64,000 bases of DNA from Eledone cirrhosa (taxonomy: Eukaryota): positions 2,480,001 to 2,544,000 of the forward strand of contig OZ024762.1 in NCBI GenBank assembly GCA_964016885.1. Direction: 5' to 3'. The translations under genes and the position numbers were made by a program. The notes beneath the pieces were generated by a model, which did not search any database, was not told where the DNA came from, and was given only the letters and a program-made list of their open reading frames with translations. Of the stretch, positions 52,043 to 63,999 are shown in pieces. Each line of letters begins with the position of its first letter. Within the stretch, counting starts at the first letter, position 1.

Positions 52043-55000
52043 CTACAGGCTGATATAGAGAGAAGACCCATTCACTCTGGCCATTCTCCCTACTTTCACC
52101 CACCTTTCATAAAACTTGCTGGGGTAGAGCACCTCTCTCTCCATTCTGATCCTTCTTTTAAAATGGTATTTGAAAAAGGGGACCAGTTGTTGGCCGGAGA
52201 GAAAGGTGTCTGACCTCAGCCCTTTCAGCCTCGTCCACCATACAACTTCTTTAGCCATGGCTACCACACAGAGAAAAACCGCCTCTCCTTCGTTTTTGAA
52301 AGGGGGAGGCGGTTTGATCGTGACAATGGACTCGGTGGTCAACCGGATTGGTCCCACCCTCGACAGTAGTCGTTCCACATAGCCCCACAGGTCAGCAATG
52401 CCTGGGCAGTGTACGAATGCGTGCGCAACGGTTTCGTCATCATGCACGCATCTCGGACAGATCTTATTCAAAGGATCTCTACCCAGGCTCCCATGCCTGT
52501 GGAGCTTGTCTCGAACGGGTAGAGCCCCTCGGTAGCACTGCCAAGCCAGGGACTTTTGGAAGTTGTCCATCGGTCCAGGGCCAAACGTCCTACCGAACAG
52601 GCTGGCCAGTTCATCTTCCTCCATGCCTAGAGCTTCTCCGAGAGCATCGTCGCACCTGCTGCGTACCAACCCTCTATAGAATGTCGAGGTGGAGTCTCCA
52701 CTGATTGCCGGGTCCGCTTTCCAGAGGGCCGTGAGCGCCTGGGCACATTCAATGTGCCAGTCGCCCACTTTTCTCGGTCTTTGCTTGACCCAGGATTGCA
52801 GCTCGGTGAGCGAGACGAGTCTGGGAAAGGCTCGCCTCACAAACGGGGCCCACACCGGTTGACCGGTGAGGAATACCTGGAGGTGCCGTAGCCTTAATGC
52901 GTGTTTACGCATCTGTAGCCACGGCATCCCCAGCCCTCCTTTCGAAGGGTGTTGACAGCAGATGGATCTCCTCACCAAAGGGGTCCGCTTGTTCCAAAGA
53001 AATTGGAACAGCGCGCACTCCATTTTGGCGAGTCTTTTCACTGGGCAAGGCACGACGGTCAAGCGGTAGTAGATGACGGATGCTATATAAGTATTCGCCA
53101 CCTCCGCTCGACCTTTCAGGGATAGTTTGCACTGGGCCCACTTCTGGGTGAGTGCAAACACCCTGGCCGTTACCTCGTTCCAGTTTTTCTCCACCTGGAG
53201 GTCTGGTCCGAACCAGACCCCAAGCAGCTTCACCGGGCCCTCCGTCCAGCGTCCGACGACGTCGTTGGAGGGCATCGGTTTGCCTCTCCATGTTCCGAGT
53301 TGCAAACCGACGGACTTGTCCCGGTTCAGCTTGGCTCCTGTAAACCTTTCATATTCCTCCAGTAAGGTGCCGATCTCACCGATTTGCGAGGTTTTCGACA
53401 CCATTACTGTCACGTCATCGGCGTAGGCCGACGCCGCTTTCTGCAATCCCGGTTCCAAAGGGATGCCCTGCAACCGCTCCAACTTCCGCAGTAGTGGCTC
53501 AAGAGCCAGCACATACAGTAGGGAGGAGAGAGGGCATCCCTGTCGGATGGATCGCATGATTTGGAACGGCTCCGAGAGGTGGCCGTTCACCTTGACCCTT
53601 GAGCAGACGTTGCTGCTGTGCATCGCAGCAATCCAACCCCTGAAAACGGGTCCGAAGCCTGCCGCCGCGAGCACCGCATCCAGGTAACGATGGTCAACCC
53701 TATCGAAAGCTTTAGATTGATCCAAGTTGATCAGGGCCCCACCAAAGCCGGGTTCATTCCCTACCCTCTCTATGATGTATCGCATAAGGTGGAGATTGTC
53801 GTGAATGGACCTGGACGGGATTGCGCATGTCTGCGCTTCTCCCACCAGGTTTCCAACGACAAGCGCCAACCTCTTCGCTAACACCTTGGCCAAAATCTTT
53901 AACTCTGTATTTAGCAGAGTTATGGGCCTGAAGTTACTTATGTCATCCCCCTTGTTCTCATCCTTCCTCACCAGCGTAACTACGCCCTTGGTCACAGAAC
54001 TGGGAATTCTCCCGTTCTGCTGCCAGTTGCAGTAGACCGCTTCGAGGATATCGGAGAACAAGTCCGGCATCGCTACATATAGCTCGTATGGTAGACCATC
54101 GAGACCCGGGGATTTGCGTTTGCCGCATTGGCTCAGCGCCGCCCCTATCTCAGCAGCTGAAATCGTCCTTTCGCAGGACTTCGCCTCCGCGTCCGAGAGG
54201 CGCGGCAGACCGTCGAGGTATGGATTGAAATCCATAGTCTCACCCGGCGCGCCGCCCCTCTCGAACAGTCGTGCAAAGTGCCGCTGAAAGGCCGCACACA
54301 TCTGCCCAGGTTCAAGGATCACACGCCCATCCTGGTCCTTCAAAGACCGAATCGTGGACTTGTTCCCACTTTTTGCCTCTGTCACTCGGGCCCAGCTTAC
54401 AGCTTTGGCTCCCTCATTACCCAGAGCACGTATTTTACTCCTGACAACGCAGCCTTCATGCTTCACCTCAAAGAACTGGTCTAAGGCCATTCTTGATGCC
54501 AGCACGCCGGCTACATTGCTACTCCTAATCGCCTCTTCTACTCTATCTACTAATTCCCTTTCCGTCTTGTTCCTATCCCTTGCTAATTCCTGACTAAAAC
54601 CTATCGATTCTATTCTAATTGCTCTCTTAAGAGAGCTCCACCACCTGTTGTTGACAATTGCCCCTGTCAAACTCTGCTTAACTAACGTGCTAATCCGTTT
54701 ACTGTAAGCTTTGCTTCTCGGTAAGGACAAGTTCAGCTTCCAGTAACCGGGTCCCTGTCTATGGGTTCTATCAAGGTTGGCTATGCAGGTCACTAACTTG
54801 TGATCCGAATAGTCAACCATGAACATTTTTGGACAGCTAAATGTGTCCCTATCGTTCTCTCTAACTAGGACCCTATCTAGGTACGACCTAGATGTTCCAC
54901 TGCGATTGGTCCACGTCCATAGTGGTACAGTCGGAAAATCTAGTCGATATCTATCGGCCAGGTCAAATCGGCCGATTAACCTTTTGAGGCTTTTACACCC

Positions 55001-55480
55001 CCCTCTATTGGCACATGCCCCTACATAGTCCCAACGTGCATCCAGGATACCATTCCAGTCCCCCACTAAAAGCAAGGAGCGGGACGTTCCCAGAAAAGTT
55101 TCCAGACGTTGGAAGTATTCCGGCCGCGCTGCCCAAAAAGGGGCGTACACAGCTATTAGTCTAAGGGCTCCACTTTCACTACTGCCGACGTCTAAAACCA
55201 CCAGTCGACCCTCCGGGTCCAGGTGCACCTTCTGTATGGCGAGGCCCAGGTGTTTTCGCAGCAGAACGACAACTCCACCCCCACCCCCCGGTTGACAGAG
55301 AGATGCGAAGATCTCAAAGTCGTCGAAGAGGGGCGCCAGTTGGTGCTCGCTGCTGATCCTGGACTCGCAAATAGCCATTACATCCATTCTATGTGACCTG
55401 AGATCGTTTAAAAGTTTGCCTTGTTTCCAAGACAGTCCCAGGCCACGTACATTCAGAAACCCAACTCTTATATCAGCCAT
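52043..55480 (-). CDS. LINE ORF2: AP endonuclease + reverse transcriptase + C-terminal zinc finger (1145 aa)
   Basis: LNVRGL, GDWN, SYLDR, SDH (APE); KSPGLDG, FRPITLLN, KAFDRV, QGCPLS, YADD (RT); CPRC...ET..H...C. Confidence 0.95.
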   Translation of the reverse strand: MADIRVGFLNVRGLGLSWKQGKLLNDLRSHRMDVMAICESRISSEHQLAPLFDDFEIFASLCQPGGGGGVVVLLRKHLGLAIQKVHLDPEGRLVVLDVGSSESGALRLIAVYAPFWAARPEYFQRLETFLGTSRSLLLVGDWNGILDARWDYVGACANRGGCKSLKRLIGRFDLADRYRLDFPTVPLWTWTNRSGTSRSYLDRVLVRENDRDTFSCPKMFMVDYSDHKLVTCIANLDRTHRQGPGYWKLNLSLPRSKAYSKRISTLVKQSLTGAIVNNRWWSSLKRAIRIESIGFSQELARDRNKTERELVDRVEEAIRSSNVAGVLASRMALDQFFEVKHEGCVVRSKIRALGNEGAKAVSWARVTEAKSGNKSTIRSLKDQDGRVILEPGQMCAAFQRHFARLFERGGAPGETMDFNPYLDGLPRLSDAEAKSCERTISAAEIGAALSQCGKRKSPGLDGLPYELYVAMPDLFSDILEAVYCNWQQNGRIPSSVTKGVVTLVRKDENKGDDISNFRPITLLNTELKILAKVLAKRLALVVGNLVGEAQTCAIPSRSIHDNLHLMRYIIERVGNEPGFGGALINLDQSKAFDRVDHRYLDAVLAAAGFGPVFRGWIAAMHSSNVCSRVKVNGHLSEPFQIMRSIRQGCPLSSLLYVLALEPLLRKLERLQGIPLEPGLQKAASAYADDVTVMVSKTSQIGEIGTLLEEYERFTGAKLNRDKSVGLQLGTWRGKPMPSNDVVGRWTEGPVKLLGVWFGPDLQVEKNWNEVTARVFALTQKWAQCKLSLKGRAEVANTYIASVIYYRLTVVPCPVKRLAKMECALFQFLWNKRTPLVRRSICCQHPSKGGLGMPWLQMRKHALRLRHLQVFLTGQPVWAPFVRRAFPRLVSLTELQSWVKQRPRKVGDWHIECAQALTALWKADPAISGDSTSTFYRGLVRSRCDDALGEALGMEEDELASLFGRTFGPGPMDNFQKSLAWQCYRGALPVRDKLHRHGSLGRDPLNKICPRCVHDDETVAHAFVHCPGIADLWGYVERLLSRVGPIRLTTESIVTIKPPPPFKNEGEAVFLCVVAMAKEVVWWTRLKGLRSDTFLSGQQLVPFFKYHFKRRIRMEREVLYPSKFYERWVKVGRMARVNGSSLYISL

Positions 55481-55501
55481 GTTGGTTAAAAGAGGAAGGA
55501 C

Positions 55502-57337
55502 CTACCTGTTCGGCTCCTGAGGAGCAGGTTGCACAATATCCATGGGCGTATTGGAGGGGTTGTTTGGTGGGGTGTTGTTCTGTGGTGGAGTGGGGGTGTT
55601 TGGTGAGGTGTGGGTGGGGAAACGTTTCAAGAGGACGCGGTTATAGGGTCGAGTACATGTTTTCCCCACGTCCTCAGGAAAGTTCTCTCTTAGTTTTGCA
55701 TAGGTGTCCATTGGGAGTCTTATCATTTTTAAATGCGGTTTGTTGGCCGCGCTTGCAAAGAATTGCCCTTCAGTTTCCACCAAAGGGTCTTTGTGTATTG
55801 TTTTTACTAGTTCTTTGTTATTTGTGTTAATGTATGTATACTGTTTTATTTGTGTTGTGTTTGTTTGTTGTTCTTGTGTGTGCTTACGTTTTGTTGTATG
55901 TGTTATGTTTTGGGGTGGGGCGGATTTTGTTTGTTCTGTTTGTTTTGTTTTTGTTGGTGGTTGTGTGTTTGTTTCGTTTATGTTCGAGTGGTGCTTTCTT
56001 TTTTTCCTTTTTACAGGTTGGAAGGGTTCCCCCTCTTCGTCACTAGGTGCCGTTTCCGCTGGGTCCTCGTCCGTGCTGTCGGGTAGTGGTGTATTTTGGG
56101 GTTTTGTTGTATTTGTGTGTGTTTTGGGAGTTGTTTTGGGTGGGGCCGTGTCTTGTGTTATTTTTCCCTGTTGTTTTTGTTGTTGTTGTGGTGGTGGTGG
56201 TGGAGGTGGTGGTGGTGGTGGTGGTGGCGGTGGTGGTGTGTGGGGTGTAGGCAAAAGAGCCTTTTTTTTTGTCAATTGAGGACAAGCAGCCCTTAGATGA
56301 CCCCTGCTTGAACAGTAGTAACATATGGGCCTCCTACCCTCGGCTGAAATATATATAAATGTTTCTCCATCGAGGGACACCCTCTGTGGTATTCTAGCGA
56401 TTCGTTCTGGTCTCATTTGGACCAGAACCTCCACGCTCAAACCGCCGAAAACGTCTGTGGTGACTTCTCCTACTGAGAGGATTCCGTCCTCGTCTTCTAA
56501 AAATCCTGTTAGTACCCAGGAAATGCATGCATTTGGCCGGATTCCGGAGACCCTTATCTTCTGCGTTCTTTTCCCTAAATATGTGGGGAAAAATGTATAT
56601 ATCTTGGAAACAATTGGTGCCACAGAGTATTTCCTGGCCGTCAATTGATCCTTCATTAGGACCGTTATATTCCCATAGAGTGGCCCTTTTTGTATGAACG
56701 ATATATCACTCCACACATTTTTTAGGACCAGCTCAATCTCTTTTTGGGATAATTGAGTTGGTTTCCTTGTTATGTTGGAAATTGTTCTGAAAGATATCGT
56801 TCTTAGCGTCGTGTCTCTTTTGATTTCTTGTGGGGAGGTGATTGTGAAGTCTCCTCCTTCTTTGAAAGTTACATACTGTTTCGCTTCCTTCATCTTTTCT
56901 CTCAGAGTTGTAATGTCCAGTTGCTTGCAGGTTTGTGTTTTCCGGACCGCCTGTGCAAAGGAGGTACCAGTAGTGGGTTCACTTTGTTTGGTGTTATCGT
57001 TATTTTTTCCTTGGTTGGTGTTGTGACTATTGCTGTTATTGTCGTTGATGTTTTTGTCTGCGTTTATGTGACTTTCTGGGTTTTCACCCATTTCTACAAA
57101 TTTTTCTTTTAATTCCGTGTTCCATGTTTCTTTTGCAGAAGTGAGGAGGGAAGACTTAGAGCCTTGTGCTTCTAGCTTCTCTGTATCACCTTTCTTAGGG
57201 GGCGTGGCTTTCACGTTAGGATGAGATGTGAAAATTCCGTCCATTTCTATTAGTTTGCCGTAATAAATTTTTAACTGGAAAATTCGCCCCAAAAAGGGGC
57301 GAAAATAAATAAACTCAAAGTTTGACGACCAAGGCAA
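55502..57337 (-). CDS. LINE ORF1, gag-like nucleic-acid chaperone (true ATG probably M32, MDGIF)
   Basis: CCHC knuckle CYYCSSRGHLRAAC, basic KRKKRK, lies immediately upstream of ORF2. Confidence 0.85.
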   Translation of the reverse strand: MPWSSNFEFIYFRPFLGRIFQLKIYYGKLIEMDGIFTSHPNVKATPPKKGDTEKLEAQGSKSSLLTSAKETWNTELKEKFVEMGENPESHINADKNINDNNSNSHNTNQGKNNDNTKQSEPTTGTSFAQAVRKTQTCKQLDITTLREKMKEAKQYVTFKEGGDFTITSPQEIKRDTTLRTISFRTISNITRKPTQLSQKEIELVLKNVWSDISFIQKGPLYGNITVLMKDQLTARKYSVAPIVSKIYTFFPTYLGKRTQKIRVSGIRPNACISWVLTGFLEDEDGILSVGEVTTDVFGGLSVEVLVQMRPERIARIPQRVSLDGETFIYISAEGRRPICYYCSSRGHLRAACPQLTKKKALLPTPHTPPPPPPPPPPPPPPPPQQQQKQQGKITQDTAPPKTTPKTHTNTTKPQNTPLPDSTDEDPAETAPSDEEGEPFQPVKRKKRKHHSNINETNTQPPTKTKQTEQTKSAPPQNITHTTKRKHTQEQQTNTTQIKQYTYINTNNKELVKTIHKDPLVETEGQFFASAANKPHLKMIRLPMDTYAKLRENFPEDVGKTCTRPYNRVLLKRFPTHTSPNTPTPPQNNTPPNNPSNTPMDIVQPAPQEPNR

Positions 57338-59492
57338 GGGGTTAACGTATATTACAGTATAAAAAAATTAATCAAAACTCACTTTTTGAGTAAGTAAATC
57401 CGACTCGGTAGCCGAGCTTGTTCACACACGTCAACACACGTCTCTCGTATACGAGATGTTATGTGAGATATTATGTGAGGTAAAGCCTTTACTGTGAAAA
57501 TACAATAGTATATATAGAGTAATGTAAATGTTATGTGAGATATTATGTGAGGTAAAGCCTTTACTGTGAAAATACAATAGTATATATAGAGTAATGTAAA
57601 TGTTATGTGAGATATTATGTGAGGTAAAGCCTTTACTGTGAAAATACAATGGTATATATAGAGTAATGTAAATGTTATGCGAGATATTATGTGAGGTAAA
57701 GCCTTTACTGTGAAAATACAATAGTATATATAGAGTAATGTAAATGTTATGTGAGATATTATGTGAGGTAAAGCCTTTACTGTGACAATACAATAGTATA
57801 TATAGAGTAATGTAAATGTTATGTGAGATATTATGTGAGGTAAAGCCTTTACTGTGACAATACAATAGTATATATAGAGTAATGTAAATGTTATGTGAGA
57901 TATTATGTGAGGTAAAGCCTTTACTGTGAAAATACAATAGTATATATAGAGTAATGTAAATGTTATGTGAGGTATTATGTGAGGTAAAGCCTTTACTGTG
58001 AAAATACAATAGTATATATAGAGTAATGTAAATGTTATGTGAGATATTATGTGAGGTAAAGCCTTTACTGTGACAATACAATAGTATATATAGAGTAATG
58101 TAAATGTTATGTGAGATATTATGTGAGGTAAAGCCTTTACTGTGAAAATACAATAGTATATATAGGGTAATGTAAATGTTATGTGAGATATTATGTGAGG
58201 TAAAGCCTTTACTGTGAAAATACAATAGTATATATAGAGTAATGTAAATGTCATGTGAGGTATTATGTGAGGTAAAGCCTTTACTGTGAAAATACAATAG
58301 TATATATAGGGTAATGTAAATGTTATGTGAGATATTATGTGAGGTAAAGCCTTTACTGTGAAAATACAATAGTATATATAGAGTAATGTAAATGTCATGT
58401 GAGGTATTATGTGAGGTAAAGCCTTTACTGTGAAAATACAATAGTATATATAGAGTAATGTAAATGTCATGTGAGGTATTATGTGAGGTAAAGCCTTTAC
58501 TGTGAAAATACAATAGTATATATAGGGTAATGTAAATGTTATGTGAGATATTATGTGAGGTAAAGCCTTTACTGTGAAAATACAATAGTATATATAGGGT
58601 AATGTAAATGTTATGTGAGATATTATGTGAGGTAAAGCCTTTACTGTGAAAATACAATAGTATATATAGGGTAATGTAAATGTTATGTGAGATATTATGT
58701 GAGGTAAAGCCTTTACTGTGAAAATACAATAGTATATATAGAGTAATGTAAATATTATGTGAGATATTATGTGAGGTAAAGCCTTTACTGTGAAAATACA
58801 ATAGTATATATAGGGTAATGTAAATGTTATGTGAGATATTATGTGAGGTAAAGCCTTTACTGTGACAATACAATAGTATATATAGAGTAATGTAAATGTT
58901 ATGTGAGATATTATGTAAGGTAAAGCCTTTACTGTGACAATACAATAGTATATATAGAGTAATGTAAATGTTATGTGAGATATTATGTAAGGTAAAGCCT
59001 TTACTGTGACAATACAATAGTATATATAGAGTAATGTAAATGTTATGTGAGATATTATGTAAGGTAAAGCCTTTACTGTGACAATACAATAGTATATATA
59101 GAGTAATGTAAATGTTATGTGAGATATTATGTAAGGTAAAGCCTTTACTGTGACAATACAATAGTATATATATAGAGTAATGTAACTGCTAAAGAGTTAA
59201 GTAAGTAGCAACACTAGGGAGTAGCAACAAGACAGGAGGGAGGAGGCTCTAACTCTATTAAGGTGGGTGTTTGACTCTAGGTAATATTGTTTAAGGAAAA
59301 TTGTTTATGGGTTTGGGTGGGTTGTGGTGGTGGTGGAGGTGTTGTGTGAATGTTGAAGTGGGGGGTGAGGGAAGAAAGATGAAAAGTGTAAAGTCATAGA
59401 GTGTAATTTACAACAAATGCAGCTGGATTTTAAGAAGATGATGTCATGGGTGTATGGCAGGAATGCGGTTGAAATTGAGTGGGAGTGATCAC

Positions 59493-59570
<78 letters not shown>

Positions 59571-59656
59571 CTACTGAAGTGGTTTGGAAGGTAAATGCAA
59601 AGTAGAGGGAGCCACTTGATGTGTTGAGAAGTGTTGACAATGAGAGAGTGAGAAAT

Positions 59657-59700
<44 letters not shown>

Positions 59701-59708
<8 letters not shown>

Positions 59709-60282
59709 AACCAATTCCAGTGGCTTCCCGCCTACATTAGTGATCCCCTCTGGCTTCTCAACATTCTCTACCAGATATTTTGTTTTAGTCTCATTCATTC
59801 TCAGCCCCACACTCATCGACACAATCTCAACCTCCCGCATCAAATCCTCTACCTCCTTCACTGTATTTGTCACCAAAACTATGTCGTCGGCAAATTCAGC
59901 ATCCGATACCTTTTTCGCCCCAACTCTCCTGCTCTGAGCCGGTGCTACAGTAAAGCCAGAGTCCTGGTGTTTCTCCAGTGCAAGGCTCATACAATAGTCC
60001 ACTACGATGATAAAAAGCTCAAAAGTGACACAGAGGAGACTGAGGTTGGCTGGACATGCTCACCGACATCCAGAGTTGACATTGCACTCAGTGCTCCTTT
60101 GGGAGCCCCTACATGGACACACTAGAAGAGGAAGACCAAGGTTAACATATGTTGATGCCCTAAGGACAGACACTGGTCTGTTGGAGATGCAGGATATGGC
60201 AGCGATAATGAGGGACAGAGACCGCTGGAGAGAACTCGTCCATGGATCTCGGGAATTTTACCCGCCTTAGAAAGATAGATAG
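59701..60282. mobile_element. 5'-inverted LINE insertion: RT segment on - (59701-~60008), 3' end on + (~60012-60282)
   Basis: EFADDIVL..GLRMNETKTK on -, [13 protein letters not shown] on +, both within TA/TAGA tracts. Confidence 0.75.
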
Positions 60283-60306
60283 ATATATATGTATATTTCT
60301 CACTCC

Positions 60307-60368
<62 letters not shown>

Positions 60369-60384
60369 CTGGACATGAGGAAAC

Positions 60385-60858
60385 CCCCACCACCACCACC
60401 ACTTCCAGCACCACCACTAACAACATCACCAACACCACCAACAACAGCATCACCACCATCGACACAACCACCACCAACAACACCAACAATGCCACCACCA
60501 CCAAGACCCCCTCCATCACCACCAACAACAACAACAACAGCACCCCCAACACCACCAACAGCGCCAACAACAACAGCACCACCATCAATACCAACAACAA
60601 CAACAACACCAACAATACCACCAACAACAACAACACCAACACCACCACCACCACCACCAACAATAACACAACCACCATCAACACCACCAACAACAACAAC
60701 ACCAACATCACCACCACCAAAACCAACAACAACACAACCAACAACAACAACAACACCACCACCACCACCAACAACACCAACATCACCAATAACACCAACA
60801 ACACAACCAACAACATCACAACCACCAATAACACCATCAACACCACCACAACAACAAG
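60385..60858. repeat. (ACC/AAC)n compound repeat
   Basis: Direct reading. Confidence 0.9.
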
Positions 60859-61475
60859 GTATATTATTTGATTCTTATAAAGCCATTAAAGTCCAGCCTA
60901 TAACTTAAAATGTTTTATGACCGAAAGTCGGAGTTGTTACCTTTGGTTTTGGGTTGGTATAAAAACTAATTTATCTCTTCTATATAACTACGAGAGGAGT
61001 ACAGGTGTACCCTCTATAACATACATGAGCATGCAATTGTTTTTATCAAATCGATGTTCAACTTGTGAAAAGATGAAATACACAGCTCGATGCTGTAAAT
61101 CTAGTTTTTATTGACCTCCTACGAGGTTTCATGGCTGTTTTAATACAAATACATTTTACCACAGCGACTAGTTTTAAAAATAGGGGGTACAACCATCAGC
61201 CCTCCTTTAACCAGGATTGAGTACAATACTCTCTGCCGTGATCAATGTTAGCAACAACACCATCATATATGAATGGATTGTTTAAATTGTTGTTATATAT
61301 GTATATATATATACAGTATATATATATATATATATATATATACAGTATATATATACAGTATATATATATAGTATATATATATATACAGTATATATATATA
61401 TATATAGTATATATATATATATAGTATATATATATATATAGTATATATATATATATAGTATATATATATATATAG

Positions 61476-61506
<31 letters not shown>

Positions 61507-61522
61507 TATATATATATATATA

Positions 61523-61603
<81 letters not shown>

Positions 61604-61619
61604 TATATATATATATATA

Positions 61620-61665
<46 letters not shown>

Positions 61666-61689
61666 TATATATATATATATATATACGTG

Positions 61690-62713
61690 TAAGACTGGCT
61701 GTCCATGGGAACTTCTCTATGCTGACGATCTGGCTCTTATGGCAGAATCAGTAGAGGAGCTAGAGAATAAATTCCGGCTATGGAAACAGCAGTTGGAAGC
61801 AAGAGGACTGAGAGTAAATCTAGCTAAGACAAAAGTGTTGATGAGTAGAAAAGAGGACAAAACCCTGATTCCGTCAGGGAAATGGCCATGTTCGATATGC
61901 AGAAAAGGAACTGGCATAAATTCTATAAAATGCACACAATGCAGGTCCTGGGTACACAAGAGATGTAGCGGGATAGCAGGCAAACTAACAGGTAGGGAGA
62001 AATATGTATGCAGTAGATGTACAGGGAAATTAGACAGTAGAAGTCGCACTGATAGACACATTTTTCAAATGCGAGAGGGCGCTATAGAAGTGGTGGATAG
62101 CTTCCGGTACCTAGGAGATCAGATTAGCATGGGAGGAGGGTGTTCCGAGGCCATAGTATCTAGAATAAGGACGGGTTGGAAGAAGTTTAGGGAGCTGCTT
62201 CCTCTGTTGACGAAGAAGGGTTTCTCCCTGCGTACGAAAGGCCGGTTGTATGATGCCTGTGTGAGGAGCGCGATGCTGCATGGTAGTGAGACATGGGCAG
62301 CTACCGCAGAAGATATGCGACGGCTGGAGAGAAATGAGGCAAGCATGCTCCGTTGGATGTGCAGTGTAAATGTGCGTGAACGACCCAGCATAAATGTGTT
62401 GAGAGAGAAACTGTGTCTGAGAGGGATAGAATGTAGTGTACGGGAGAGGAGACTGAGGTGGTATGGACATGTGATGCGCATGGAGGATGACCGATGGGTG
62501 AAGAAGTGCCAGGAAATGCCAGTTGAAGGAAGACGTAGTAGAGGTAGACCATGAAAAACATGGGCGGAGGTGGTGAGAACAGACCTCAGATCATTGAAGC
62601 TCACGGTGGAGATGACGAGGGACCGTGACGAGTGGAGAGATGCTGTGCTGAATAAGACCCGTCCCACCCTTGCAAGCAGGGAAAAGCGGACGTAAAATGA
62701 TGATGATGATGAT
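61690..62713 (+). mobile_element. 5'-truncated RTE-clade LINE, near-identical to 31370-32866
   Basis: ORF 61739..62554; (TGA)n tail; inserted in (TA)n. Confidence 0.9.
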
Positions 62714-62718
62714 ATATA

Positions 62719-62764
<46 letters not shown>

Positions 62765-62860
62765 TATATATATATATATATACTGTATATATATATATAT
62801 ATATACAGTCTATATATATATATATACAGATATATATATAGTATATATATATATATAGAG

Positions 62861-63148
62861 AGAGATTACAGTAATCAAAGTTCAGTTTAAGTCATTTATT
62901 TGCTTACAATTGTTTCCTCCAAACCGAGGTTTGGATTCTTCGGAGCAGTTATTTATAACATACTTGACCTCCTTTTCAACCCAAGAGACACATAAAACAT
63001 ATGCGCATATGTTTTATGTGTCTCTTGGGTTGAAAAGGAGGTCAAGTATGTTATAAATAACTGCTCCGAAGAATCCAAACCTCGGTTTGGAGGAAACAAT
63101 TGTAAGCAAATAAATGACTTAAACTGAACTTTGATTACTGTAATCTCT
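62861..63148. repeat. 288-bp perfect palindrome carrying a hammerhead-like motif in each arm
   Basis: Centre ATGC|GCAT at 63004/63005; the arms are reverse complements. Confidence 0.9.
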
Positions 63149-63389
63149 ATATAACTGCTCTGTATAACAACTGATGTTATTACATTGAGCTATTTAACTT
63201 ACTGGTAATAGGATAGTAATTAAAGACTATCTCTCACTATTTAGGGTTTGTGTATATATAATATATTACCATCAAAGGTTTTATTGCATACATAACCATA
63301 AATAGTACCCTTAATACTATATATATATATATATATCACCACCCCCACCCCATCCACACCACCCCGTCCTATGTAAAGTTATGTTGGTG

Positions 63390-63999
63390 CCGCGCCATCC
63401 GGGCCGAAACAAATGAGATCGTGTAGGTGTCACGACAAAAAAACACACAGTCCACGCTGTAATGTGGCCGTGTAGGCAACACGGTAAAAACCTCCCAGAC
63501 CCACACTGTAAATGTGGTTGGTGTTAGGAAGGGCATCCAACTGTAGAAAACCTGCCAGACAGTCCTATGCGAGCAAGACAATCACTCTTGCCTCAAGTGG
63601 GACTACCCCCGTCCAAACCCATGCAAGCGTGGAACACGGACGTTAAACGTTGATGATGATGATGATGATGATGATGTATTGGCTTAGTGGTTAGAACATT
63701 GGCCTTGCAATCGAAAGGTTGTAAGTTCATTTCTCAGACCGGGTGATGTGATGTTTCCTTGAGCAAGACACTTTATTTCTCATAGCTCCAGTTTTCTCAG
63801 CTGTAGAAATGAGATGATACGACTGGGGTCCCTATCATTCCACTGCAAAGTGGTCGTGGAGGTGCCACGGCATAAAAGCACCCAGCACTCACTGTAAATA
63901 AGGTTAGTGTTAGGAAGGGCATCCAGCCAGAATCAGTTCCCGTCCCACCCCTGCAAGCAGGGAAAAGTGGACGTAAAATGAAATGATGAAATGATGATG
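63390..63999 (+). mobile_element. Two adjacent SINEs (~63390-63676 and ~63678-63999), the second with a tRNA-like head and RTE-type tail
   Basis: TGGCTTAGTGGTTAG head; GGGAAAAGTGGACGTAAAATGA tail. Confidence 0.75.

Larger units (their letters stand above)
51806..57455 (-). mobile_element. Apparently full-length Tx1/L1-clade non-LTR retrotransposon
   Basis: Two intact ORFs, short 5' UTR, and a 3' UTR ending in AATAAAGAAACC. Confidence 0.92.
51530..59200 (+). mobile_element. TTAA-MITE with an expanded 60-bp minisatellite (51601-51805 and 57456-59185, ~32 units) hosting the Tx1 LINE
   Basis: Right end TGCTAAAGAGTTAA is the reverse complement of the left end at 26595. Confidence 0.7.

Noticed and set aside
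57379-59161. 363/576-aa repetitive ORFs upstream of LINE ORF1 (also 27912..28856)
   Set aside because: Read-through of the 60-bp minisatellite (20-aa period); not part of the LINE.
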